Source: Macrostomum lignano
Lineage: Eukaryota
Length of the DNA: 64,000 nucleotides
Reading direction: 5' to 3'
Assembly: GCA_002269645.1 (NCBI GenBank)
Contig: NIVC01000650.1
Span: 1 to 64,000, forward strand
Shown: one piece after another, positions 50,822-62,799 of the stretch
How positions within the stretch are numbered: position 1 is the first letter of the stretch
Layout of the letters: each line of letters opens with the position of its first letter
Program-made: the position numbers and the translations under genes
The notes under the pieces: generated by a model
Databases searched by the model: none
Told to the model about the DNA's origin: nothing
Seen by the model: the letters and a program-made list of their open reading frames with translations, nothing else

Positions 50822-51276
50822 GGGGTGTAAGACCAAGATGGCCACACACCAAGATGGCCATAGCTGAGGTGGGGGTCACGGAAAATGACAGCTGGTTTAC
50901 TATTGGATAGCTTTGGGTGGGGAGATGTGGGGTTGCAATGGGGGGGTTTAGACAGGCAGTCAAGATTTTATTAGCATATTGCAGGGCTAAAGACAAAAAT
51001 GGTTACAAGCCATGATACAAAAATTAAATGTCTTGTGCTAGTAGTGCTACTATAGCTTTAGTAGGTAGTAATACCTGCTGTAAAGGGAAGTGTTTTTTGT
51101 TTTACTTAGTCTAATTTCACCAACGAAATCTGTTTTCTCCAAGACTTGAAGCTACGTCATACCCCACCCCAATCACAGCCAATAGGAAATGAGGAAATAT
51201 ATAGACCTATTCTTATCCAAGCAGCCATTCAGAGCTGTGGCCATCTTGGTGTGTGGCCATCTTGGTCATGCGCCAT
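50822..51276. mobile_element. Old MITE with GACCAAGATGGCCACACACCAAGATGGCC inverted ends
   Basis: Inverted match between 50831-50866 and 51233-51267. The exact termini and TSD are unresolved. Confidence 0.7.
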
Positions 51277-52315
51277 TTTAGGTTGCAAAGACTTGAACAC
51301 AAGAAGAAATTACCAATATCATATTAACATGATGAATTCTGGTCTGATTCTGAATGACAATAGGCCTTATACATATGTATATAAAGTTATCTAAGGCAAC
51401 CATTTAAAGTTCTGAGACCAAACCCATTTACTATCTGTAGGCCTAGCTGTTTTACTAATTAACTTACTTTAACTCTACTGAATGAAAACAAATATGATAC
51501 TACAAGGGAGGTCGAACATTACATTTAATTTTAAGGTGTGAAGGTGTAAACAATAAAAAGAAAAAAGGCTCAAAAATAAATGTACAGCACCACAATCTTT
51601 ACATTTTAAGTTATTATAGCTACAGCTGAAAATGGGCCTTTTCAATATTGCTTGTTCTGGTTCCAGAACCAGAACCAATTTGTAAAGTATAACTTTTTGT
51701 CTCCATAACTAGAGGGAGATACGTGCTATAAAATTTTTATTATTGAATGACAATCGCCAAGAAAAAGTGAAAAATTGTGCTAAGTGAAGTTGTTAAGGCA
51801 GTCAAACATTCAACAGAATTAAATAGTTATACTGCTGTTTTTCTTGGAAGATCCGAACCGATTCTGATTCTGGAATTGGTAAAATGAAAAACCTCAATCG
51901 TGTTAAAATGTTCGCTAATAATTGTTTGTCCCTTGCAGGCTTGTCTTTATCTCGTCTTTGCTTGCAGGGCAAACGCTTCTTTTTTGTTCTGGTGGCCGAT
52001 TTTCAATATATCTTTAACAAGGCCCTAGTTAACAAAATATCAATTTAGACCGCCAAAACTGGGTCAAAAGTTATACTTGGCGCAAATTCAAATAAAAAAA
52101 CGGTCAAAGGGCCGGGCCGTCCCTTTGCCAATGCCAATATCCCTGGCATGTGCGCCGTTTTGACATTCCTGTTGGGGCAATGCAATTTGTGGTGGTATAT
52201 ATTAAGCTTCATAAGTATTTACTATTCATGTATTAACTGTTTAGCATGCTATGCTACTAGCAAGTAATAATTTATGGTCTAAAATGTTGAACTATGAAAT
52301 CTAACAGACATTTTA

Positions 52316-53013
52316 CACTCAGCAAAAGTCAAAACCCCCACCCTACTGAGAGAGGTAACTTCTCTCTCACCTTAACTGCAAGTGACGTAGCCTAACTTGC
52401 GCCATGGCGTGGCTGGGGCTAGGTGAGAGTAAATGCTGGAGAGGGCAATCAGGGGATGCCCTATCTGCTTCTTTTATCCCACATTAGACAGAGCAGGGTG
52501 GCTGGCGCAGTCGGAGTTCGCCTGACATTCTGCAGTAGACATAGATTTTCCCTGGCTATTGAGCCATAGAGATCATGGTGCTGGCTACCTATGGCTGCAT
52601 GCTGAACAGTGAACACTACCAGTATCTTGGGACTTTGTTAATAGCCCTCAAATTGTTGAATATGATTGGCCAAATTGGCAAGCAACTGTGCTCGCTGATG
52701 GATGCACCAGCTTCTAGCATGCCAACAGTGCACCATCGTTCAATGTCTGTCATATGTTTGACTATTGTCACATGTACTGTTGCACCCACCTGTTTACATT
52801 AAACGATGTTTGCGACAAAAAGTGTCGGAAAATCTGTCTGAAAATGTGTTGGCGAAAGTTATACAGGTGTTGCACCCCCAACCCCAACCCTAGTCCCTTT
52901 TGTACTTTCACCCAGCTTTAACCATGCTGTGGCGCAAGTTATGTCACTTGTAGTTGAGGTGAGAGAGAAGTTGTCTCTCTTGGTAAGGTAGCAGTTTTGA
53001 CTATTGCTGAGTG
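52316..53013. mobile_element. 698-bp MITE with TIRs of about 110 bp and TA TSD (Tc1/mariner- or EnSpm-like)
   Basis: TA|CACTCAGCAA ... TTGCTGAGTG|TA. Confidence 0.85.
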
Positions 53014-54489
53014 TATATTAAATTAAATGCATCGCATACAATATGCATACAATACATCATTAACATACTGCTAGCTAACCAGTATGCAAATAAACTATAT
53101 TTTAAAAGTAAAACTTTGGTTTATAATATAAGCAATTAAGTATAAAGGAAAATGTTACAAAGTAAATAAAAACAGCAAAAAAAATATATATATTAATGTT
53201 GTTAATAGTTGAATAATAGGGCCTAGGCCTAACTTTAATTTTTTGGTGATCTTTTGGTTTCCCTAACTTTCCCATTCTAAATTCCCTTTTTGAATTTGAC
53301 TCCCTTCATAAAAAGAGCCCCTTGCAAAAAGTTCTGCCATTTGCACTCCTTGCAAGACCAGTACCAGCCATTGACAGAGTCTATACTAGCATGGTGCTAG
53401 AGTTATAGTGATAGCAATAGCAATGTTGCACATCTAGCAACGCAATACATAAGTCCTATTATTAGTAAACAAGTGGTGCCTTGTCATCCATTGCATGCTA
53501 GGCCTAGTCTTTAGGCTATAGGCCTATGGGATTTTTTGGCCCCTTGAAAATCTTAAGGGCCTACTAGATTTTTAATAGGCCTATCAGAGGCCAACCTGGC
53601 AACTTCATTTTTCTTGTGTTAGTTGCCAAATTAAAAAAATGTAGGTGTAAAAATTGTCATATAAAATTGAATCTATATGATAGAATTATTAGTTTGTTAG
53701 GCCTATTGTTTGCAGCATAGATAGCAATCTTAAAGTTAAGAGAACAAATTTTTACTTTTTAAATATAGCCTTTAAAAGATTAAATCCTTGATACTTGAGA
53801 ATTAAGCTAGTTGCCAATAGGCAACCAAAAATAGCCATTGGCAACTGGATTTTAAGTGTATAAGGCTAGCTAGCAACTAGTTTTCTAACTTTAAAAAAAC
53901 CCAGATGCCAGATTATATGGCTTCATTGACATTACTCATCAGTGGCTAGTGCAACTAAGCCTAATCTTCAATAGTTTACACATATTAAGATTGCAAATAG
54001 CATAATGCTATTAATGATATCAATTGATTGTAGGAACAATAAATTGTAGCGCAAAAGATTGGCTAGCTATATTCTAGACTTACAATAGCTAAAAAGTAAA
54101 AAAGGGGTTAAAATAATTTAGAGAAGGAAACCAAAATATTACTCAATTTTTAGGCTATTCTAGGCCTAATCTATTGACTATTAATGCTAATTTTTTTGTG
54201 TTATATAGTAGTGGCAATGACATTAGCCAAAGGGGCAAAGGGGGCTATTGCCCCCTTCTAATTAGAGATGCTATATTGCCATTGGTGCCATAGTATAACA
54301 TACATGCGCAACTGCTGGCCGACCTGGCCGATCCGGCCACCGTAAATCGTGGCTGACCAGGGGTAAGTTGCAAAATTGAGTCAACCAAAAACAGAAAACA
54401 CAAGAACCAAGAAAGGCAAGAGGAAAGCGAAAGAAAGTGCAGTTCAGGGAAAATGGTGAAGCAAAAGAAAAACAATTCGCAAAAGAAGC

Positions 54490-56510
54490 AAACTAAGTTG
54501 TAAAAATAATCAGGTAAGTTGCAAAAAGGATCAGGTAAGTTGCAAAAGAAGCAAACTAAGTTGCAAAAAGGATTAGGTAAGTCGCAAAAAGGATTAGGTA
54601 AGTCGCAAAAAGGATTAGGTAAGTCGCAAAAGGGTTAGGTAAGTCGCAAAAAGGATTAGGTAAGTCGCAAAAAGGATTAGGTAAGTCGCAAAAAGGATTA
54701 GGTAAGTTGCAAAAAGGATTAGGTAAGTCGCAAAAAGGATTAGGTAAGTCGCAAAAAGGATCAGGTAAGTCGCAAAAAGGATTAGGTAAGTCACAAAAAG
54801 GATCAGGTAAGTCGCAACAAGAATCAGGTAAGTCGCAAAAGGATCAGCTAAGTCGCAAAAGGATTAGGTAAGTTGCAAAAAGGATTAGGTAAGTCGCAAA
54901 AAGGATTAGGTAAGTCGCAAAAAGAATCAGGTAAGTCGCAAAAGAAGCAAACTAAGTCGCAAAAAGGATTAGGTAAGTCGCAAAAAGGATTAGGTAAGTC
55001 GCAAAAAGGATTAGGTAAGTCGCAACAAGAATCAGGTAAGTCGCAAAAGGATCAGCTAAGTCGCAAAAGGATTAGGTAAGTCGCAAAAGGGTTAGGGCTC
55101 ATTCCATATAAGCATGGTCGTAACATGACAGGTTATTTTTACTTATAAAATGAAATCTAATAATAGAATATACTAAACCAATATTTTAAATGAAAGATTA
55201 TTTTGTCTAGAATATATTTATAGAGTTTCATATAGATATCATCATTAGTATAGATGCTATTAAACCTTAAATGACACTTATGGTCGTAACGACAGGATTT
55301 TTGACATATAGAAACTAAAAGGTAAAAGTCTTATAACATTTTTCATTTTTGATATTTTGCAATATATTTTTAAAATTTGACTAAGAACATCTTTAGAAAT
55401 CATACTCTTTTATTAGAATATATAAACTCAAAAGGCAACAAAGATACAAAAGAAAAGGCAGCCTTATGGTCGTAACATTATGGTCGTAACATATTTTTTT
55501 CTGTCAATTCAGTAACTTTGAGGTACTAATACATTAAAAATATAATAGATTATTTGGTCACCAATGCTTTTATCTGATGATGCAAGTACTATACTTTTAT
55601 CTATAGTTTGTTTCAACCTTCAAAAGCTTTCTATTTGTTTTTAAAAGGTACAAAATCTTAATGATGTCTTTTGCTTCGAAAAATGTCCAAATTTTTACAA
55701 AAATGACTTTTTGCCAATTGATAACATACTAATCCAACATTTTACCATTCCTTTATTCTTAGATTGTATATATTGCACAATATAAACATTTGGTAAAAAA
55801 ATAGGCTAATTAGGCAATGGCAAGCAAAAATATTGACTTTTTTCTATTTTCCAAATATGTCCATCTTATATGGAATGAGCCTTAGGTAAGTCGCAAAAAG
55901 ATTAGGTAAGTTGCAAAAGGGTTAGGTAAGTCGCAAAAAGGATCAGGTAAGTCGCAAAAAGGAAATTAGGTAAGTCGCAAAAGGGTTAGGTAAGTCGCAA
56001 AAGGATCAGCTAAGTCGCAAAAAGATTAGGTAAGTCGCAAAAGGGTTAGGTAAGTCGCAAAAGGATTAGGTAAGTCGCAAAAGGGTTAGGTAAGTCGCAA
56101 AGAGGATTAGGTAAGTCGCAAAAGGATTAGGTAAGTCGCAAAAGGGTTAGGTAAGTCGCAAAAGGATTAGGTAAGTCGCAAAAAGGATTAAGTAGGTCGC
56201 AAAAAGGATTAAGTAAGTCGCAAAAAGGATTAGGTAAGTCGCAAAAGGATTAGGTAAGTCACAAAAGGATTAGGTAAGTCGCAAAAAGGATTAAGTAGGT
56301 CGCAAAAAGGATTAAGTAAGTTGCAAAAAGGATTAGGTAAGTCGCAAAAAGGATTAAGTAAGTCGCAAAAGGGTTAGGTAAGTCGCAAAAAGGATTAGGT
56401 AAGTTGCAAAAAGGATTAAGTAAGTCGCAAAAAGGATTAGGTAAGTTGCAAAAAGGATTAAGTAAGTCGCAAAAAGGATTAGGTAAGTCGCAAAAAGAAA
56501 CAACTAAGTC
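54490..56510. repeat. 20-21-bp minisatellite (AAAAAGGATTAGGTAAGTCGC)n interrupted by a MITE
   Basis: Two blocks (54490-55094, 55882-56510); about 46 copies of AGGTAAGT counted by eye. Confidence 0.96.
55095..55881. mobile_element. 787-bp MITE (PIF/Harbinger- or Zator-like, TTA TSD)
   Basis: GGCTCATTCCATATAAG ... CTTATATGGAATGAGCC, with TTA duplicated on both sides and four internal ATGGTCGTAAC repeats. Confidence 0.85.
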
Positions 56511-56672
56511 GCAATAAGAGGGAAGTAAGTCACAATCAGAGGCAATCAGGGGGTAGTAGGTGCAAGTGTGGCAGGAGAGCAAAAACAGAATAGAAGCCTT
56601 CAACCACAGACAAAATCTTTGAAATCAGAAGCCCGCGTCAACAGTTTCCCATTGATTTCTTAAACTCTGGAG

Positions 56673-57420
56673 CAGGGGTTGGCAAACTCCGGCTCGCGAA
56701 GCCCCTCTATCTGGCCCTCGCCCCTCGGGTTCTTTGAAACTTCCTAACCAGCAAGGTTGGTGTCTCTTCAACTCTCATCTCTCTCTTCTTCTCTACCTTG
56801 CCTCCCCTCTTCTCTCTCTCCCCCTTTTCCCTCTTCTCTCTCCTCTCATTTTTACTCTCCTCTCTTCTCCCCCTTTCTCTCTACCCTTTCTCCTCAATGC
56901 CCTCTTCTCTCCTCTTATCTTCAGCAAAAATATGTGCATATTTTCTTACTTCAAAGTAGAGGGAATAGAAGATTAGAGATAAGCAAACAGAGGGGAGGCG
57001 AGCGATGCGATGGGAGAAAAGATAGAAGAGGAGAGAAAAGCTGAGGGAGGAAAAAGAGATGAGAGAGAAGAGGAGATTAGAGGAAAGAGGAAAGAAAAGA
57101 TGATGGATGAGATCAGAAGAGAGGAAAGAGGAGAGAGTAGATGAGAGAAGAGAGGATAAAGAGGAGATGAGAGGAGAGTGAAGAGAGGAGAGATGAGAGA
57201 GTAGAAAAGTGAGATAAGATGAGAGAGTAGAGTGGAGAGAGACGAGAGGGAAGATAAGATGAGAGAGTAGAGTGGAATGGAGAGACGAGAGGAGAGATAA
57301 GAATGTAGAGAGGAGACAGAAGAGATAGGAGAGGAGAGGAAAGAGAGGAGAGAGGAGAGGAAAGAGAGAAGGGATAAGGGATGAGAGAGAAAAGAAAAAG
57401 AGGATGAGAAGATTGAGGAA
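56673..57420. repeat. hAT/Charlie-like end (CAGGGGTTGGCAAACT) followed by a pyrimidine tract and then a purine tract
   Basis: CT-rich 56765-56915 and GA-rich 56990-57420. The matching second TIR was not found. Confidence 0.6.
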
Positions 57421-59467
57421 TGGAGAGAATTTGCAAAGGCCTCAAATCTTAGTTTAACATGCATTACTCCCATCTTTGCCTTTTTCCTAACTGTTAACAA
57501 GTTTTTGTTTGAGCATGACTTCAAATTTAGAATCTATGCAAAAATAGTTCCGGGAATTAGAATTCAGTGGTTTAAAAATCTGTGGGTTTTCACAGCTTGT
57601 ATCTCTACTGGATTCGTATTCTGCATCTGATGAGCCATCTGAATCAGGGCTCTCATCTTCCATGCCAAATCGTCTAGCAAATTGTTCTTGAGCTATAGGT
57701 CACACTGTATTCACTTCACTTACTTCTGGACATTCATGAATCATGACTTTTGTAGTATACTCACTACACTGTACTGACAATTTACTAAATGCTTCATGCC
57801 GCCACTAGATGACACTGATTAGCTGTTATAAAAACGCGGAATCTGCACGCAGCACTAATTTGCTGGCGAGGCATTTAGCTTTAAAAATATGGTCATAGTT
57901 ACTCCTGCCGTTTACCTAAAGTTTTTGCTTGGCTCTTTCATAGGTAAGTCGCATTTTTTTATCGAAAACTAAGTCGCACGGCCAGCATAATTTCAGAAGT
58001 TGCGCATGTATGATAGTATAATAATTGAATTAATTGAATAATTGTGCTATTTTTAGGAATTTTGCATTTACTGCAATGCAAATATGTTATAGTCACTAGT
58101 TATAGACCCAAAAAGATATAGCTTAGACAGTAGCACAATTAGGGCAATCTTTCCCTTTGGGTAAAAACAAAAAATCAAAGGGAAAACCAAGTCTTTTCTG
58201 CCAAAATATAGAGCTACCCTTTCTACCTTTCTCTTAGGTTCTTATCTTCTAGAATCTATTTCCCCCTTAGCAAATTTATAGTTAGGCCTACACTACTAAG
58301 TCTGAGTTTACTTAGGTGGTAACATTAAGTATAGGCTCTAATTTATTTTTTATCATTGCCCAATATCAATGGCATATTGATGCAGTTTTGAAGCTTTTTG
58401 CTAGAATTTGTTATTAAAGGTGGCTCTCAAAGCATTGATTTCATGCTTTTTTATATAAGCCAATTGTTGAAATGCTAACTTTGAAAATATTATTATCATT
58501 ATCAAGAGTAAAGACCTAGACCTAGCAAACATTATTTAAAGTTAGACAAAACTTATATAATTTATTGTAACAATTGTGGCTAGCTTTAAAAACTAAATAT
58601 TCTAAATACTAAAACCTTTTGAGTTAAGTTTAAGTTGACTATACAATATGAAATTGTATTAGTACAAAGCATTTTAAGCATCTGTTCCACAGCTTTGGTT
58701 GTTGCTAAGATTTAGCCTTAAGGTTGCCTTTAAGTTTAGCAATGTTTGTTTTTATTAGAATAAAGCTTATTGCTATATTGAATAATTTAGATATCAAATT
58801 CAATTTAGATAGCTACCAAATATGCAGATAGGCCTAGCTAATGGCTAAATAGCTAATAGTGATCAAATTTAAATACATTGCCAACTTGGCTATCTTTTTA
58901 TCAATATAATTGTTATGAGCAATTTAGCATTTCCTTTGTCCTTAGGATAACTATTTATTTAGTGTTAGTCATTCCTATAAAGTTTTATTTATATAGTTTG
59001 CCATATTCAATTTGGGAATGATATGGTAAAATGAACAACAAAGCAGTGCCTTGCAACTAATTATATTTTATATTTGACTAAATAGTTGACTTTATAGTTG
59101 ACTAAATGGAGCATAAGTAGGACTTGTTGTATAATAATGTAGTTATTTATAGTTTAATGCCTTTGTGATACTTATTATTAGTCATTTGTATAGTTGGCAA
59201 TTGCAATCTAGTTTGCTTTTGTATACTAAAGGTAAATGTTGGTATTTATTTTCTTAGATTCTAATTATAGTGGCAATGCAAAATTTGTCAATTTTAATGA
59301 TATTAAAATGCATTCTTAGTTCTTGCAACTCTTATTAAATAATAAAGGCCATATTGCCCTATAGTCCTAGATCAAGTCTAGTATAGATTCAAAATTAGAA
59401 CAAGAAAAATAGAAGCTCATCCTACATAGAATAAGTAGGACTGATTATAAACTTTGTCTATTATTAT

Positions 59468-61051
59468 CATATATGCGCAACACCAGGCCAATATAGCCAA
59501 TCTGGCTAGCTGGCAAAGGGCCTAGCCAAGTCAATAAGATGGTAGTATGAGAGGACCCACCCAAAAATATAGATGTACAAGGGTTGTTCAGAAAGTCTGC
59601 AATCAAATGTATCTAATAGATTAATGGATTGAACAAATGTAATGCTACTCTTCTTGCTTTTCAACATAGGTACCCTTGAGACTTACGCACTTGTGCCACC
59701 TCTTAAGCAACTTATTGATGCCAGTAGCAAGAAATTGGCAGGTGACCCCCTCACCCAATGGCTGATAGTCAATGCCAAGGTCTATAGAGAGCTATACTAG
59801 CAACCTTGGATGTGTTTTTACATCTCCCTGAACAGCCAGAAGTTATTAAGTACAAGGTCCAGCGAGTAAAATGGGTGTGGCTATGGCAGCACTTTAAAGC
59901 CTAGGTCCAAAATGGCAGCCATTGTTGCCTAGCTAGTGTGTAGCCTAGCATTGTCATACTGAAGCAGGATGCCATGGCTCAGCTTGCTATGTTGCTGGGC
60001 TTTGATAGCTTCACGCAACTGCAGGACTTAAATATAGACTCATTATTGATTGTGGCACCACAGCAAAGCCATTTGATAAGCAAAATACTCTCCTTGTCCC
60101 AGAAGATAGTGGCCATTTTCTTGCCAGCTAAAGGTGCAATCTGGGCCTTGATGTTTTTTTAAAAGGTGTGGGCTCATGGCTGGCCTACACACTGCTCTGC
60201 ATCTTAGACTCTGGCTCACTATAATGGAACCAGGATTCATCCCCAGCCCAGTCACAATCTAGTCCAAAAAGTTGGGATCATTGCAATATGACTGGAGGAG
60301 CTGCTGACACACCTAGACCCACTCTTGCTGTTGTTGGTTAGTCAGAAGTTTTGGGACCCAACAAGCAACAATATTTGACACACCAAGCTCAACTGTCAGG
60401 AGTGAGTAAATGGCTATTGATAAGATGCCAGTAATAGTTGACAACTCTTGCACTATGGCTTGGTAGTCAACATCTAGAGCACAATGCACAAGCTCAATGT
60501 TTGACATAGCAGGCTGGCTGCTCCATGGAAGGTCATCGTCTATCTCATAGCCATCTTCAAAGCACTAGACCCACTTGTTAACCATGGTTTTTGATGGTGC
60601 ACATTCACTATACATTGCTTGCACCTCACAAAGAATTCCTACTTGTTGTTTCCCTTGCTTCCACAAAAACCAAATGATGCCCCACTTTGGTTCTTTGTCA
60701 TTTAGCATAGTGAAAAAAGTAGTATGAGGCTAAAAACTTCACAAGAAAGAAATGCCTGGCTTAAACAAGACCATTCTTCCTTTAAAACATTTAGGATATG
60801 ATATTTGTCTATGGTATAAAGTTTTAAGACAGTAGTGACTCAAAGAAGATATGCATGTTTGATTGCAGACTTTTCAAACAACCCTCATAGTACTAATTTG
60901 ATAATGAGGCATTTTGCCTTAATATGATAGTCAGTTACTCTTGCTATTTACCCAAAACTGGCCTTAAGGTTTCTTTCACAGGTAAGTCACATTTTTAGTC
61001 AAAAAGTAAGTTGAATGGCCAGTGTAAATCAGGGGCCATTGTGCATATATG
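59468..61051. mobile_element. Older, short member of the CATA(C/T)ATGCGCAAC family, split by a mariner
   Basis: CATATATGCGCAAC ... TTGTGCATATATG; shares the GGTAAGTC(G/A)CATTTTT subterminal motif with 57943-57978. Flanks ATTATTAT / ATCATCAT. Confidence 0.7.
59578..60887 (-). mobile_element. Full-length (1.3 kb) decayed mariner
   Basis: TA-flanked TIRs CAAGGGTTGTTCAGAAAGTCTGCAATCAAA / TGAGGGTTGTTTGAAAAGTCTGCAATCAAA. Minus-strand remnants WVPKLL, GDESW and YDNA, with many stops. Confidence 0.88.
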
Positions 61052-61125
61052 ATCATCATTATAAGTATTTTGTTATTGCTATTGTAGACAAGCAATGCAA
61101 ATACTTCATTGAGTTCAGACACCTA

Positions 61126-61833
61126 CAAAGGGGTGTCTGGAAAATAGTGTTACTTTTACTTGTAGCAGACATTTGGTAAGTTGCATTGACACAAGTTTGG
61201 TGTCGTTTGAAAGTGGCAAGTTTCTTCTTTAAAATGACTTAACCTGCAGTAGATTTGGATTGATATTTTAAGAGATATGTGCACTTAAGTAGTGGGAGAT
61301 GGTCATAGACTTACAGAATCTAGACACAAGCCTTCTGTACAGACAATCCAGCTTCATGTCCTCAGTGAGCCATCAAGAAACCTAACGGGCACTCAGCTTG
61401 ACATGAATCATCTTCTGCAGACACTTGTAAACTGTGGACTTCAAGCAATCTAGTCTATTGGCTATTTCGCAGATGCTTTGATAGCAGTCTTCACCAATCA
61501 AGTCGAGAATGGATCCAAGACTGGCATGGATCTCGGGTGTCCTGACCTTCAGTGTGTTCAGTTCCAGTTAATGTCAGTTCTTCCACCACCATTGCCATTG
61601 AGCAGAATGCTAATTTTAGCAGATACGCTCGTATTTGAGCTTCTGTAAGTCTATGACCAATCTCCCTCTACTTAAGTGCACATATCTCTTAAAATATAAA
61701 TCCAAATTGATCACAGCTTAAGTCATTTTAAAGAAGAAACTTGCCACTTTCAAACAACACCAAACTTGTGTCAATGCAACTTACCAAATGTCTGCTACAA
61801 GTAAAAGTAACACTATTTTCCGGATACCCCTCA
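61126..61833 (-). mobile_element. Internally deleted mariner derivative with unusually long (about 190 bp) TIRs
   Basis: TA flanks; arms about 61126-61318 and 61640-61833. The interior translates to an HTH remnant (..ICEIANRLDCLKSTVYKCL..KLSAR*VS*WLTEDMK). Confidence 0.8.
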
Positions 61834-62799
61834 TATTTTAGATTAGATAAAACTATGCCTAGATTATACCTTCTTAAGTATCTTAAATATGCAAGCATAC
61901 TAGTAGCAATATATGATAACCAATGAAATAGTTAGTGGACCTAGTTGCAATATTGCAATTAGCAATTACTAATACAATACTACTATGTTATTATCATAGG
62001 TAAATTTCACTTATAGCTATAGTTCAAGGGCATAGGCTATCTGGAATGTAGCATTTTATTGCTCAAGCCAATATAGACAATAATTACTCCTAAAGACCTA
62101 AGAGCAAGCGATTTTTGTTATTGATTGTAATAGGCCTACTTAGAAAAATCCATTTTTTATAGATAAGGCCTAGTAGTGCAAAAAGCCTTGTGTATAATAT
62201 ACACAAGGCTATGGCATATCATAAAATTCATATTAAATGACACAATGATACAAATTTGCTAATTCTTTAGACAATATAAAAATAGAGCATCAAAATATAT
62301 AACAAGAAAACCTTGTATTTTTTCTTGAATTCAATTGTTATGCAATATATTTGTTTTTGGTCATGATACATGGTAAGTAATGATTGCCAATTACAAAGCA
62401 ACATTTCTGTATGACTTTTTTATTTGTTTAAAAAAACTGGCACATATGTCCAATGGATAATAAAAGAAATTGATGGAAAAGACTGTTGCCAATGACATTA
62501 GTATTAATATTTACTTCATTTAAAATAAAATACTAACTGTAAGGATGAAAACGTTGAAAACTAAATAATACTAGAATTGATTGTGCCTTTTTTAGCACAA
62601 TTCCAACAAAGCCAATTATATTTTCAACTTCGGAATGTCATAACAAGACTAGGACGCAAATAATAAACATCCATAATTATTTTTTCTAGCCTTTAGATGG
62701 AATTTAGTATATTTAGAAGATTGTGAAATTACAACTGTGTTTCAGACAGAAGTAAAAACCCACACTTGTCAAATGCAGCTTGGCAATTTGACTTTTCAG

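Larger units (their letters stand above)
54299..58012. mobile_element. 3.7-kb non-autonomous DNA transposon with CATACATGCGCAACT TIRs and an 8-9-bp TSD
   Basis: Perfect 15-bp TIRs (54299-54313, 57998-58012), with ATAGTATAA on both flanks (54290-54298, 58013-58021). Contains a minisatellite, a nested MITE and a CT/GA tract. Confidence 0.85.

Noticed and set aside
51840-52200. Possible transposase remnant in a CpG-containing patch
   Set aside because: No convincing motif in any frame and no terminal repeats found.
56734-57524. Ser/Leu-rich ORFs
   Set aside because: Translations of the CT/GA low-complexity tracts.
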